A DNA stretch of 64,000 nt from Sulfurimonadaceae bacterium (GCA_041548245.1 JBFESZ010000001.1:57216-121215); one strand, 5' to 3'; shown: positions 50,405-60,428, numbered from the stretch's first letter. Notes: generated by a model not told the origin, from the letters alone. A program made the numbers and translations.

Positions 50405-50794
50405 ATGTTTCCACTGCATGGTGAGTACACGATCAATGTACAAAATGACATCCTGCTTGTCGATGCGACGGGTCCTTTCAATGAAGAGCTCGCCAAGTTG
50501 TACGTTCAGGAGTATGTTCAGGTCATTGAGAAGTATAGACCAAAGGCCCAGATCAGTACTATACGTGGTTCGGCTATTTTTAGTCCGGAGAGAGAAGCAG
50601 AGTTAATAAAACTTCATGAATGGAGTGTTAACCAGGGCATCAAAGCAGAGGCCATCATATTAAAAACAGATAGACCCGAAGAGAACCTCTTTAGTTTACA
50701 TGTAGAACGTTCGCGCCAACTCACCCAGGCCCCCGTCTGTGTTTTTGACACTCAAGAAGCGGCTCTGCAATGGATTCAGGGACTAGCGTTCTAA
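50405..50794 (+). CDS. Hypothetical protein (possible STAS/SEC14-like fold)
   Basis: HG.Y, GPFNEE and C-terminal F.....A..W. Confidence 0.65.
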   Translation: MFPLHGEYTINVQNDILLVDATGPFNEELAKLYVQEYVQVIEKYRPKAQISTIRGSAIFSPEREAELIKLHEWSVNQGIKAEAIILKTDRPEENLFSLHVERSRQLTQAPVCVFDTQEAALQWIQGLAF

Positions 50795-53401
50795 GATTTT
50801 TGAGACGATCTCATACACGTTTTTAGATAAATCTTTACTTGAAAGTATCTTTTCCAACTGCACCTTCATCAGCTCTTTGGCCTGTTCATTCAATCGATTG
50901 TAATCTTTAAACACTCCTGCCAGACCCGAAGCGATCTGCGGGTTCAACTTGTCAAGCTCTAAGACTTTATCGGCGACAAAAGTATATCCACTTCCATCAA
51001 CAGCATGAAAATGCAGAGCATTTCTCGCAAACGATCCAATAAGTGAACGTACAAGATTTGGTACCTTCATATCAAAAACCTCATCATCTAGGAGTCTTTT
51101 CACATTCTCAGGTGTTTCTTTGAGTTCGGAAGATGCTATCACAGAGAGGTATTTGTTCATGACAAGTGTGTTATCTTTATAGCGCACATAAAAATCTTCC
51201 AGGGCCTTCTCTTTTGTACTGCCACGTGAATTTGCCAAAATCGACAGGGCACTGAGTCTATCTGTCATATTATTGGAGTTCGTATATTGACTCAGTGCCA
51301 AACTGTCATCTTTCAAAGAGCCCAGATAAGAGAGCAAGGTATTTTTGAGTTTGCGACTCGCCATTGCCTCACTCTCTAAAGAGTATTCTCGATGATAATT
51401 GAGTGAATCGTACTGACTACGGATATCTGCGCCAAGTTCTCTTACGATCTCACGCTTGAGATAATTCCTTGCCGCATAGATCGCTTCAACATCCAGGACC
51501 TTTCTCTCCTGCATCAAAATAGAGATGGAAGGAAGCGTCAATGAGTCTGCCTTTAATGACATATCCATCTGCATATCCAAAAGCACCTTTCTAAAAGCCT
51601 CCAAATAGGTCTCACTCATACGCATAGGAGCATTCGCCTCAATCCTGTCGATAAGCTTATGCAACACCATGGCCGCTATAGTCTGAGAGGCTTCAAAACG
51701 GTTAAACTCGTCCGTATCATGTGCCATTAGAAAGGCATATTCCTCAAGCGAATAGGACGTATGCACCTTGATCGGTGCAGAGAAGTTCCTATTCAATGAC
51801 ATCAAAGGCTCTTCTTCGATGTTTTTAAAGACAAAGGTCTCTTCTTCTTTCGAGACCAACAAAATCCCTCGGTGAATAAAAGGTTGTTCTTCATTAGAGG
51901 AAAGTACAAGTTTCTCCTCATGGCCGTTTCGGTTGATCAAGCCAAGTTTAAAAGGAAAAAAGTACGGCTTTTGTCCGCTTTGTGTCGGTGAGAAGTAAGA
52001 CTGTGTCAAGGTCAACTCAAAAGTTTTGTCCTTCTTGTCAAACTTGGTTTTAATATACACTTCAGGTGTACCCGATTGCGAATACCAAAGTTTGAAATGT
52101 TCAAGATCAAACCCGGAAGCCTCCTGCATGGCCCAGATAAAGTCTTCTGTCCTTACTGCCTGTCCGTCAAAGGTCTCAAAATACAGATCCATACCTGCTC
52201 TGAAGCCATCTTCTCCGATAAGGGTATGGATCATACGGATCACCTCAGCACCTTTCTCATAGACCGTTGCCGTGTAAAAGTTGTTGATCTCAATATAGGC
52301 ATCGGGTTTGATCGGATGTGCAGTCGGCGAGGCATCTTCGACAAACTGTCTCTCCTGAAGTGCTTTGACATCGGATATTCGCTGAACAGAACGCGTATTC
52401 ATATCTGCAGAGAACTCCTGGTCTCTAAAGACAGTAAGCCCCTCCTTAAGTGTGAGTTGAAACCAGTCTCTGCAGGTAATACGGTTTCCTGTCCAGTTAT
52501 GAAAATACTCGTGACCTATGACTGATTCGATTCCCATGAAATTAGCATCTGTCGCGGTATCCGCATCAGCCAGGACATAGTGGGAGTTAAAGATATTCAA
52601 TCCCTTGTTCTCCATTGCCCCCATATTGAAACTATCGACTGCAACGATATTATAAATATCAAGGTCATACTCTCTGCCAAAGCGTTCCTCATCCCATTTC
52701 ATCGAGTTTTTTAACGACTCCATGGCATGCGTACACTGTGCTTCATTGCCTTTGTCACAATAGATATTGAGTTCTACCTCTTTTTGGCTCATCGTTATAA
52801 ACCTGTCACTCACACAGCCAAGCTCTCCTGCAACCAAAGCATACAGATACGAAGGTTTTGGAAAAGGGTCTTTCCATATGGCATAATGTCTACCATCTTC
52901 CATATCACCTTTTTCAAACAGATTTCCGTTACTTAATAGAACAGGGTATCTGTTTTTATCGGCGATGATCTTTGTTGAATAGACCGCCATGACATCAGGT
53001 CTGTCTATAAAATAGGTGATACGTCTAAAGCCTTCGGGTTCATTTTGTGAGCAGAATATACCGCCCGACTTATACAGGCCATCGAGTGCTGTATTTGCCT
53101 CAGGGTTTATCTTGTTCTGTATTTTTAAAGTAAACTTCTGCGGAAGCATATGCAGGGTCATTCCCGATTCGTTTAGCTCGTATTCACTCTCATGCAATTC
53201 ACGCCCATCTAATTCTACACTCACAAGCTCAAGCTCTTCACCGTTGAGAAAAAGTGTTTCGTTCTCATCTCCTGTTCGATGGATTTTCATACTGCTTTTA
53301 ACCAAAGTGTCCGTATCATGAAGTTCAAACTCCAGATCGATTGTCTTCACCTCATAAGGCGGTTTCTCATAATCTTCAAGATATATCTTTTCCATACTCA
53401 T
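50783..53401 (-). CDS. pepN: Aminopeptidase N
   Basis: GAMENKGLN, HEYFH...LKEGL, YEKGAEV, NPQIAS. Confidence 0.96.
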   Translation of the reverse strand: MSMEKIYLEDYEKPPYEVKTIDLEFELHDTDTLVKSSMKIHRTGDENETLFLNGEELELVSVELDGRELHESEYELNESGMTLHMLPQKFTLKIQNKINPEANTALDGLYKSGGIFCSQNEPEGFRRITYFIDRPDVMAVYSTKIIADKNRYPVLLSNGNLFEKGDMEDGRHYAIWKDPFPKPSYLYALVAGELGCVSDRFITMSQKEVELNIYCDKGNEAQCTHAMESLKNSMKWDEERFGREYDLDIYNIVAVDSFNMGAMENKGLNIFNSHYVLADADTATDANFMGIESVIGHEYFHNWTGNRITCRDWFQLTLKEGLTVFRDQEFSADMNTRSVQRISDVKALQERQFVEDASPTAHPIKPDAYIEINNFYTATVYEKGAEVIRMIHTLIGEDGFRAGMDLYFETFDGQAVRTEDFIWAMQEASGFDLEHFKLWYSQSGTPEVYIKTKFDKKDKTFELTLTQSYFSPTQSGQKPYFFPFKLGLINRNGHEEKLVLSSNEEQPFIHRGILLVSKEEETFVFKNIEEEPLMSLNRNFSAPIKVHTSYSLEEYAFLMAHDTDEFNRFEASQTIAAMVLHKLIDRIEANAPMRMSETYLEAFRKVLLDMQMDMSLKADSLTLPSISILMQERKVLDVEAIYAARNYLKREIVRELGADIRSQYDSLNYHREYSLESEAMASRKLKNTLLSYLGSLKDDSLALSQYTNSNNMTDRLSALSILANSRGSTKEKALEDFYVRYKDNTLVMNKYLSVIASSELKETPENVKRLLDDEVFDMKVPNLVRSLIGSFARNALHFHAVDGSGYTFVADKVLELDKLNPQIASGLAGVFKDYNRLNEQAKELMKVQLEKILSSKDLSKNVYEIVSKILER

Positions 53402-53901
53402 CTGATCTTCTCCAAAACATCTTTTAAAGTTCCCTTCACTATTGTCGTCGACTCTGTTATCATCAAATTGAACATCCCGTCAAAATCTTCTATCACAAGA
53501 CCGTTGCCATCGTACCAGACACCCTCTTTACAGACACATCCGGCATCATTTTTTCTTGTCTTTTCCAGCATGCTCTCATTCGAATCAAGATAGACATAGA
53601 CCTCTTTGCCCAATCCTACACCATAACCTATCTCAAAAACTGTCCCAGAATCTGGCTCACCGTGCCTAAACGCATTGAGGTTGACACATAAGATGTCAGA
53701 CTCATTAATCAATGCTATGTTCGCGGCATAGATATCTTTGCGTATCTTCTCTTTGGGCTGAGAAAAGTCAACTTCATTGTCCAAAGGAGCCAGACCACTA
53801 AAACCGTAGGCCTCGCACAACTCTTTTTTCTTTCCTAATACCTCGAGGGCATCGGGGTAAAAGACATCAAAGCCGGCTAAATATATCTTCTTTTTTTGCA
53901 T
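53398..53901 (-). CDS. Nucleoside 2-deoxyribosyltransferase family protein
   Basis: IYLAG.DVF, D.GT.FE.GY, FNLM. Confidence 0.88.
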   Translation of the reverse strand: MQKKKIYLAGFDVFYPDALEVLGKKKELCEAYGFSGLAPLDNEVDFSQPKEKIRKDIYAANIALINESDILCVNLNAFRHGEPDSGTVFEIGYGVGLGKEVYVYLDSNESMLEKTRKNDAGCVCKEGVWYDGNGLVIEDFDGMFNLMITESTTIVKGTLKDVLEKIR

Positions 53902-53974
53902 GCGCGATTGTAACGAATTAACGTTAAATTAACCCTCATGCATTATAATTCCTATAAAATAAAAGGAATATATC

Positions 53975-54397
53975 ATGAAAGCCATTGCTTTAGCTCTTTT
54001 ACTTCCGTTTTTGCTCTTAGCCGATGAAGATGATAGCCTCAAATCAGGTCAAAAAGTCTTTGACAGAGTCTGCTCAAGTTGTCATGTCGAGCTTTTGGAC
54101 AAGAAAACAGCACTCAAAAAATTTCCCACACTTAAAGCTCCTCCAATGAATGAAGTTGCCAACCAGCTCAAAACAAACATTATCATCAAAGATGATGACG
54201 ATGATGTGCACAGAGCCGTCGTCATAGCCTTTATCAAAGACTATATCAAATATCCAGGCTTATCCAAGGTAATGTGCAATCCGCCTGCTGTCGATAAGTT
54301 TGGTATTATGCCATCACAAAAATCTCTGCTGAATGAAGAAGAGATCAATGCTGTAGCGACCTGGTTGTATGACAGGTATGAAGGTGTGGATTTTTAA
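53975..54397 (+). CDS. Periplasmic monoheme cytochrome c
   Basis: Signal peptide, CSSCH, APPM, FG.MP. Confidence 0.87.
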   Translation: MKAIALALLLPFLLLADEDDSLKSGQKVFDRVCSSCHVELLDKKTALKKFPTLKAPPMNEVANQLKTNIIIKDDDDDVHRAVVIAFIKDYIKYPGLSKVMCNPPAVDKFGIMPSQKSLLNEEEINAVATWLYDRYEGVDF

Positions 54398-54494
54398 ACC
54401 AAACATCCTTTAAAGCACCCTACTAGCGGTAATAAATTGCATTTATAAAGTTTTAATGCTATTATAATTGAAACAAATACTCCAGAGAGGCATA

Positions 54495-55724
54495 ATGTCT
54501 AATTTTTTATATATAGCAAAGCAGCCTATATTTGATGCCAGTAATCATATCTACGGTTATGAACTATTTTACCGAAACGATGATCAGGAGATGTCCCTTT
54601 CCGATAGACGTCTGGCAACGGCATCTGTCTTAGTTAATACCCTTAATCAGATTGGGCTCAATACTCTCGTAGGCCTCTCCAAAGCCTTTATTAATATCGA
54701 TGCCAAGATCTTGTTAACCGACCTTATCTATACTATTCCAAAAGAGCGTTTTGTTCTTGAACTTAGCGAAGAGATACAGATTAACCAAAAAGAGTTCGAA
54801 TGTATCAAAGCCCTCTACAGAGAGGGGTATAGCTTTGTACTGGACAATGTCAATTGCAACCAAGAGTATTTAAAAAACATCACCCGTGTACTGCCTTACG
54901 TAGAATACGTGAAGTTTGACACAAGCGAGATCTACCTGGACGCATTAAAAGAGAATCTCCACCTCTTTGAAGGCAAAAAATTAATGGCACAGAAAGTTGA
55001 ATCTTTCACAGTCAAAGAGGATTATAAGGCCCTTGGATTTGATTATTTCCAGGGCTACTATCTTGGGAAACCGGAACTGATCAAGAAAAACAGAGTTGAC
55101 CCTCATCATCTTGGGGTTATTCGTCTTTTTAACCTTTTGCAGGGCACCGTCTCTATGGATGAGATCTGTACGAACTTTATGCATCAAAATGAGATCGTTT
55201 TGCAGCTTTTGCAATTTGTGAACTCGGGCGGGTTCAGCTTCAATCATACCCCAAAGGATATCTGTGATATTCTCGAGTCCATCGGTAAAAAATCACTCAC
55301 ACGCTGGCTGATGCTCATTGTTTACTCAAAATCGGGCCGTACAAGTGCAAACGATATCAATCCTAATTCTATTGTGGTGCAAAACCGAATCGATTTGATG
55401 CTTGGTGTCCTCAAACGCATGAACAAAAACGATGAAGACCTTTTGAACAAAGCACGCTATATCGCTTTTTTGTCCCTGCTTGAAACAGTTTTTGAGATGC
55501 CTTTACCGTTAATATTGAATGAGATTGGTGTCGAAGATGTTATCAAAGATGCATTACTCTATCAAACAGGCGAGTTAGGAAGGCTCTATGCGCTCACCCT
55601 TTCACTCGAAAAGGCAGACAAGGATCAGGCAAAAAAACTTTTACTTGCCTACGGTTTAGAAGCTGAAGACATTTGGCAGATACTCGAAGAACGCAGTGGC
55701 CACCCCGAGCCTCTCTTACGCTAA
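54495..55724 (+). CDS. EAL + HDOD domain protein (YuxH/CdgJ-like)
   Basis: QPIF....YELFYR, AFIN, QGYY..P, HDOD-like tail; several EAL residues are degenerate. Confidence 0.85.
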   Translation: MSNFLYIAKQPIFDASNHIYGYELFYRNDDQEMSLSDRRLATASVLVNTLNQIGLNTLVGLSKAFINIDAKILLTDLIYTIPKERFVLELSEEIQINQKEFECIKALYREGYSFVLDNVNCNQEYLKNITRVLPYVEYVKFDTSEIYLDALKENLHLFEGKKLMAQKVESFTVKEDYKALGFDYFQGYYLGKPELIKKNRVDPHHLGVIRLFNLLQGTVSMDEICTNFMHQNEIVLQLLQFVNSGGFSFNHTPKDICDILESIGKKSLTRWLMLIVYSKSGRTSANDINPNSIVVQNRIDLMLGVLKRMNKNDEDLLNKARYIAFLSLLETVFEMPLPLILNEIGVEDVIKDALLYQTGELGRLYALTLSLEKADKDQAKKLLLAYGLEAEDIWQILEERSGHPEPLLR

Positions 55725-55761
55725 GGCGTGTCGCGTTTAGCAATGCGTTGCATTCAATAGA

Positions 55762-56448
55762 CTATAGTTTTTGATAAACCTCTTCAAGTGCATCATAAAG
55801 TTCATGCACACTGAATTGAGGGTTTTTTCCCATAATATCAAGCATGACGACATTATCCTCTTCACCGTTCCATACCTTCGTATAGGTCCCCTCTTTATAA
55901 CCGTGGTCCTGACGAAAACCATTTAAAACATTCTTCCCGATGTAAAGGACATAGAGTTTTTTAAGGTTAACACCACAATGTAAAGCCATCTTGAAAAAGT
56001 CATTGATCAAAGCGTCTAGGTCAAATCCTTCAGGCTTTAGAACATCATACATCATCTTCTCAACCATCTCAATGATCTCATACATGGTAACTTCCGGACG
56101 GTAATCAAGCGTCGTAAATGGCAAAAAGCTTTCTTGTGATTCGATATGCTGTGCCAGATTCTCAATAGTTCCGCGTTTTTGAAGCTTATACTCTTGAAGC
56201 AAAAGACTCATTACGAAGTGCCAGATATCGACAGCCTCAATTTTGATATTCTCCCAGTCCGGTTCCTGATTAATTGCCTTCCAGTGTTTCCAGGCAAAAC
56301 TGTCAATCAGTTCAGCTGATTCCATATAGATACAGCGTTTCCAGTCAATCCGTTTTCCATTTTTCGTTACACCAATCTCCCAATCGACTCCATTTGTAGA
56401 GTCATTAAGCTCTTGTTGCAGGTTTAGCATCTCTAAGACATATTGCAT
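55762..56448 (-). CDS. dut: Dimeric all-alpha dUTPase
   Basis: E..ELIDS..WKHWK, E.VDIWHF, GKN.LN.FRQ..GYK.G.Y.K.W.G.EDN. Confidence 0.92.
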   Translation of the reverse strand: MQYVLEMLNLQQELNDSTNGVDWEIGVTKNGKRIDWKRCIYMESAELIDSFAWKHWKAINQEPDWENIKIEAVDIWHFVMSLLLQEYKLQKRGTIENLAQHIESQESFLPFTTLDYRPEVTMYEIIEMVEKMMYDVLKPEGFDLDALINDFFKMALHCGVNLKKLYVLYIGKNVLNGFRQDHGYKEGTYTKVWNGEEDNVVMLDIMGKNPQFSVHELYDALEEVYQKL

Positions 56449-56531
56449 GTTTATCTTCTTTAATATTTTTGTGCATTATATTATAATGGCATTATGATTA
56501 GGATTAATTGTAAAAAATGTGTACACTACTT

Positions 56532-56663
56532 CGTTACCTGGGAGAGTTCCAGGCCCCATGGTTGCAAAGTTTACGGGTTCAAGTCTTTACAAATCCCTTC
56601 CCTTGTCGTCAAAGGAAGCACTGGTCAACCATGCCAGGCCTATGAAGAGAAACAGATCAAACG
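56532..56663 (-). ncRNA. Candidate structured non-coding RNA (possibly 6S-like)
   Basis: Long interrupted stem with G-U pairs on the minus strand closing a two-hairpin junction; no credible ORF. Confidence 0.5.
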
Positions 56664-57080
56664 CTAGTATTTCCAAATCTCTTTTTGTGCAAAGCCTAAA
56701 TTATTATCCGTATACTTCAGTTCAGTTATCTTGAGTTTCCAAAAAGTCTTATTGTCAATGTCTTTAGCATAAGGATACTCTTTTAGATAAAGATGCTCAT
56801 GCCTCTCTTCCGCATTTGTCACCATACCCTTTATCTGTATACCCCTGATATGCTCCAACTCTTTGGTTTCATTATGTATGGCAGCAGAGACATCAGGGTT
56901 TTGTAAAATATTTGTCATATGTTCCGTCTCATAATCCGAAGCAAATATGAAACACCCTTCTTGTGGAATAAATAGATAAAAAAGTGAACAAGAAGAAGGT
57001 TGGTCATTCCTTACCGTAGCCATCGACAAGACATGATGTTCTTGGATAAACTCCACCATGTTTAGAGGTATTTTATTCAT
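56664..57080 (-). CDS. Pyridoxamine 5'-phosphate oxidase-like FMN-binding protein (YhbP-like)
   Basis: HHVLS.AT, S...T.H..N...NP.V, IRGIQ..G, K.TDN..GF..K..W. Confidence 0.8.
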   Translation of the reverse strand: MNKIPLNMVEFIQEHHVLSMATVRNDQPSSCSLFYLFIPQEGCFIFASDYETEHMTNILQNPDVSAAIHNETKELEHIRGIQIKGMVTNAEERHEHLYLKEYPYAKDIDNKTFWKLKITELKYTDNNLGFAQKEIWKY

Positions 57081-57975
57081 TGAAGACTCCTATATATGTT
57101 GATATTCGATCTTTGCTACTTAGTGTATCAATCCAGCGTTGAGGAATAGCTTCAAGTTTGTTATAAGCACCTAAAATCATTCCGGCGACCATCCCGCGTG
57201 CTGCCGAATCGCCCCCTGCATATACGTTCTGCTTCATCGCCTCTTCAAAATCATTCTCGTACTTTAAGATCAAGTGCAATGCTCCGGGGGATACTCTTTT
57301 AACACCGCAAGACTGTCCAAAGGAAGCAATTGCATCTATCGTGTCATGTTTAACCGAAGCCAATGCAAGCTTGATCCACTCTTTGATGATAGATTCATCG
57401 GTCTCATTAAATATAGCCACAAGAGCATTCCTTGGACTAGACCCTTGACAAACGAGATAGAGCACTCGAGCGAATAATCGTGTTGAGCTTAGTGCACTAT
57501 TGGAGTTGTGCGTCATCCTTGTCTGTAAAACAGCAGCATTTTCAAGCTCTTTTTGATGATTACTATAAAGTAAAACCAATGCAGCGATACGACCGACAAC
57601 CCCTAATTCCTGCGAGGAAGAGCCTGCCTCAAGAGAGGATTTTCCTGCGATAAGATTCTCCAGAGTTGTTTTACTTGCCTGATCAACATAACCTTTGTAC
57701 TCGGACATATAGGCTCTCCAGCGTGAAGAAAAGTTGGCCAAAGAGAACTCTTTATCCAAAGTTACAGCTTCAAGCAGCCAAAGAGCCTGATCTCCGTAAT
57801 GCGTCAGGTCTCCCGCCACTTTACTACCGTGATAATTGGTAATTGGGTCATGATATCTATCATAACAGGGGAACTTCTCTTTTATCTCATTGACATCATA
57901 GACCCAATGTGCTCCCAGGCTCAGAGCATCTGCGACAAAAGCTCCATAGATTGCTCCCAATACACAAGGATTCAT
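57073..57975 (-). CDS. ADP-ribosylglycohydrolase family protein (J1-crystallin/SelJ-like variant)
   Basis: GAFVADAL.LG.HW.Y, THYGDQ, TH, GGDSAARG..AG. Confidence 0.82.
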   Translation of the reverse strand: MNPCVLGAIYGAFVADALSLGAHWVYDVNEIKEKFPCYDRYHDPITNYHGSKVAGDLTHYGDQALWLLEAVTLDKEFSLANFSSRWRAYMSEYKGYVDQASKTTLENLIAGKSSLEAGSSSQELGVVGRIAALVLLYSNHQKELENAAVLQTRMTHNSNSALSSTRLFARVLYLVCQGSSPRNALVAIFNETDESIIKEWIKLALASVKHDTIDAIASFGQSCGVKRVSPGALHLILKYENDFEEAMKQNVYAGGDSAARGMVAGMILGAYNKLEAIPQRWIDTLSSKDRISTYIGVFNE

Positions 57976-57984
57976 AGCCTTCCT

Positions 57985-58704
57985 TCACTCTTTCATAAAC
58001 TCCTCGATTAGATCGATCATCTCCTCCACGGCATCTGTGGCATTTCTCTGAATAAAATGTTCAAAATATTCATCAATATACCTTCCATGCAAACCAAAAT
58101 GCGTCATATATTCCTCGCGCTTCGGATTGATAAGAATAGAGTGATCAAACTCCGAAGCGATCGGAACGATATCAATGACATGACCAATGGTCCCGATAGC
58201 AATAAAAAGCTCGCACTTATCTATCGCTTCATAGATATGTTGATAGGCAGGAGCAGCTTCACCAAACATGACGACATTATGGCGGATAATACCGCTTTCA
58301 CAGAGAGGGCAGGCATCATGTTCATTTTGTTTCTCATAACCTATATCCCAGACATGCCCGCAGTTTTCACAACGCAGGTCTGTCAAAGTTCCATGCAGAT
58401 GGATAACATCTTGGCATCCGGCTTTCTCAAGCAAGTTATCTACATTTTGTGTAAGATTATAAATTTTATTGGGATATCTCTTTTCCAATTCAGCCAAAGC
58501 AATATGAGCTCTGTTTGCCTCCTTGTTTTTGAGGTCTTGACGTCTGGCATTGTAAAACTGTGTAACAAGCTCCCGATCAGCTTTCCAGCCTTGAGTGGAA
58601 CAGACCTGCATAACATCATACTCTTCCCATAGACCATCATGGTCTCTAAAAGTTCTAATACCGCTTTCGGCACTAAGACCTGCACCACTTAAAATCATAA
58701 TCAT
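57985..58704 (-). CDS. cobB: NAD-dependent protein deacylase (class III sirtuin)
   Basis: GAGLSAESG..TFR, FYNARR, TQNVD.L, HG, CxxC/CxxC zinc site, VMFGE. Confidence 0.9.
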   Translation of the reverse strand: MIMILSGAGLSAESGIRTFRDHDGLWEEYDVMQVCSTQGWKADRELVTQFYNARRQDLKNKEANRAHIALAELEKRYPNKIYNLTQNVDNLLEKAGCQDVIHLHGTLTDLRCENCGHVWDIGYEKQNEHDACPLCESGIIRHNVVMFGEAAPAYQHIYEAIDKCELFIAIGTIGHVIDIVPIASEFDHSILINPKREEYMTHFGLHGRYIDEYFEHFIQRNATDAVEEMIDLIEEFMKE

Positions 58705-58940
58705 TTGGACAACCTTCTATAAAGATACGCTTCAAGACCTTCCGGTTGAAAGATTTCTCGTTTTTCTAACATCATCTTTCCTACAGGATCAGTATCAAGA
58801 GCATCAAAAACTTCTAAAGGAGAAGTCTTATTGTAATAGCTTCTTAAAAATTCCAGAAGTATCTCAAAATTATCCACTTCATCCCTGCCTTCACGCTGAT
58901 GTTTGTACACTTTATACTCTTCCCAATCAATCTTAGCCAC
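58701..58940 (-). CDS. Hypothetical protein
   Basis: GTG start after AGGAGG; 4-nt overlap with cobB; DNFEILLEF motif. Confidence 0.7.
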   Translation of the reverse strand: MAKIDWEEYKVYKHQREGRDEVDNFEILLEFLRSYYNKTSPLEVFDALDTDPVGKMMLEKREIFQPEGLEAYLYRRLSK

Positions 58941-59050
58941 AAACGCATCCTCCTGATGCTTTAATATTATCATAGAAAATCTTTTTCACTTCTAATGCTT
59001 TTTAAAAATTTGACGATGTTCATTAAACATATGACCCAAAGGAAAAACAG

Positions 59051-59191
59051 ATGAATGCGATCATTAAACAGATACAAAAAACACTTAAAAATGGTCAGCC
59101 TATTGATCTTAAGACAGGTCCACTAGCTGCACAGGTACTCAAAGAGATTCAAAAGTTACCGCGGACTTTAGACAGAAATAGATCCAAATGA
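59051..59191 (+). CDS. Small hypothetical protein (46 aa, not in the ORF track)
   Basis: AAGGA RBS; MNAIIKQIQKTLKNGQPIDLKTGPLAAQVLKEIQKLPRTLDRNRSK. Confidence 0.5.
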   Translation: MNAIIKQIQKTLKNGQPIDLKTGPLAAQVLKEIQKLPRTLDRNRSK

Positions 59192-59237
59192 ACACTTTCC
59201 TAAAGATAAAGACCTTTCATCCATTTCAGGCTCCAAA

Positions 59238-60428
59238 TTAAAACCCTCTCGCTTTATATGCCGAATGAAGACGCGATACAGCCTCTTCAACAGTCGAACG
59301 GGGAGTCGCTATATTGATACGCATAAAACCATTCCCCTCCTTACCAAAACTTACTCCGGAAGAGAGCCCAAGTTTTGCTTCTTCAAAGAAGAATTTCTTA
59401 AGATCTTGATAACTTAATCCCAATCCGCGGCAATCCAACCATACCAGATAGGTCCCTTGAGGCTTGCGCATCGATATACGTGGCATTGACTCCTTCAAAC
59501 AGAACTCAAGATAATCAATATTAGCTTGAAGATGTACTAAAAGCTCCTCTAACCAGGCTGATCCCTTCTTATATGCCGTTTCAAAACCGACATGCCCAAA
59601 CACCGTCCCTTCTGCAAAATGTACAGCTTTGTATGCCTTTTCAAACCGTTCTCGAAGCTCAGCATTGGCAATACATATCGTTGAAATAGACAGACCGGCC
59701 ATATTGAATGTCTTTCCCGGACCGTAACAGGTAATCGTACGATTTTCAAGTTCTTTAGAGACACTGGCCATCGGTATATGTTTTGAACCCTTAAAGATAA
59801 GGTCACTGTGTATCTCATCCGCTACGATCAAAATATCGTTTTTAATACATATCTCACCTAATCTTTGAAGCTCATCAGCACTCCATACACGCCCTACCGG
59901 GTTATGAGGAGAACACAAGAGTAGCAGTTTTGTCTGCTTGTCAATAGTATTTTCCAAGGCTTCAAAGTCCATACTATAGTAGGAATCTTCCTCTTTCAAA
60001 GTATTTTTAAGCACTACCCTTGCATTATTTGTCACACAAGAATAAAAAGGGAAATACACAGGTGACTGAACGATCACCTTATCGCCTATATCTGTAAAAG
60101 CTTGGACACAGAGGTTAATACTTGCTACGACAGAAGGAGAATAGTACATCCACTCTCTTCTAACACTGTATCCATGATGCTCTTTTATCCACTTTATCTG
60201 CGCTTCGAACATGGAATCAGGAACTTCTTCATAACCTAAAATCGGATGCTTGAGCCTTTCTTTTATGGCATCCATCACAAAAGAAGGTGTTTCAATATCC
60301 ATATCCGCCACCCACATCGGAAGTACTTCTTCAGAGCCAAAAAGCTTCTTTCTTAAAACATATTTCTCGGCGTTAGTATTCTCCCTCGAAGGGGCTTGGT
60401 TAAAATCGATACTCTTATATGACTTCAA
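59238..60428 (-). CDS. patB: PLP-dependent C-S lyase (PatB/MalY family), probable ovothiol sulfoxide lyase
   Basis: PMWVADMD, LCSPHNP.GRVW, DEIH, KTFN.AG, TYL.WLD, RIN.A. Confidence 0.85.
   Translation of the reverse strand: MKSYKSIDFNQAPSRENTNAEKYVLRKKLFGSEEVLPMWVADMDIETPSFVMDAIKERLKHPILGYEEVPDSMFEAQIKWIKEHHGYSVRREWMYYSPSVVASINLCVQAFTDIGDKVIVQSPVYFPFYSCVTNNARVVLKNTLKEEDSYYSMDFEALENTIDKQTKLLLLCSPHNPVGRVWSADELQRLGEICIKNDILIVADEIHSDLIFKGSKHIPMASVSKELENRTITCYGPGKTFNMAGLSISTICIANAELRERFEKAYKAVHFAEGTVFGHVGFETAYKKGSAWLEELLVHLQANIDYLEFCLKESMPRISMRKPQGTYLVWLDCRGLGLSYQDLKKFFFEEAKLGLSSGVSFGKEGNGFMRINIATPRSTVEEAVSRLHSAYKARGF

Noticed and set aside
56532-56663. SRP RNA, TPP or c-di-GMP riboswitch
   Set aside because: I could not find the SRP domain IV signature or the riboswitch core motifs on either strand.
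56519-56734. 71-aa plus-strand ORF
   Set aside because: No RBS, it overlaps a real gene in antisense, and the region is better explained by RNA structure.
57073-58704. Sir2-based anti-phage system or SirTM ADP-ribosylation module
   Set aside because: The sirtuin is a standard zinc-binding class III CobB. There is no HerA, pAgo, macrodomain or GcvH-L partner.
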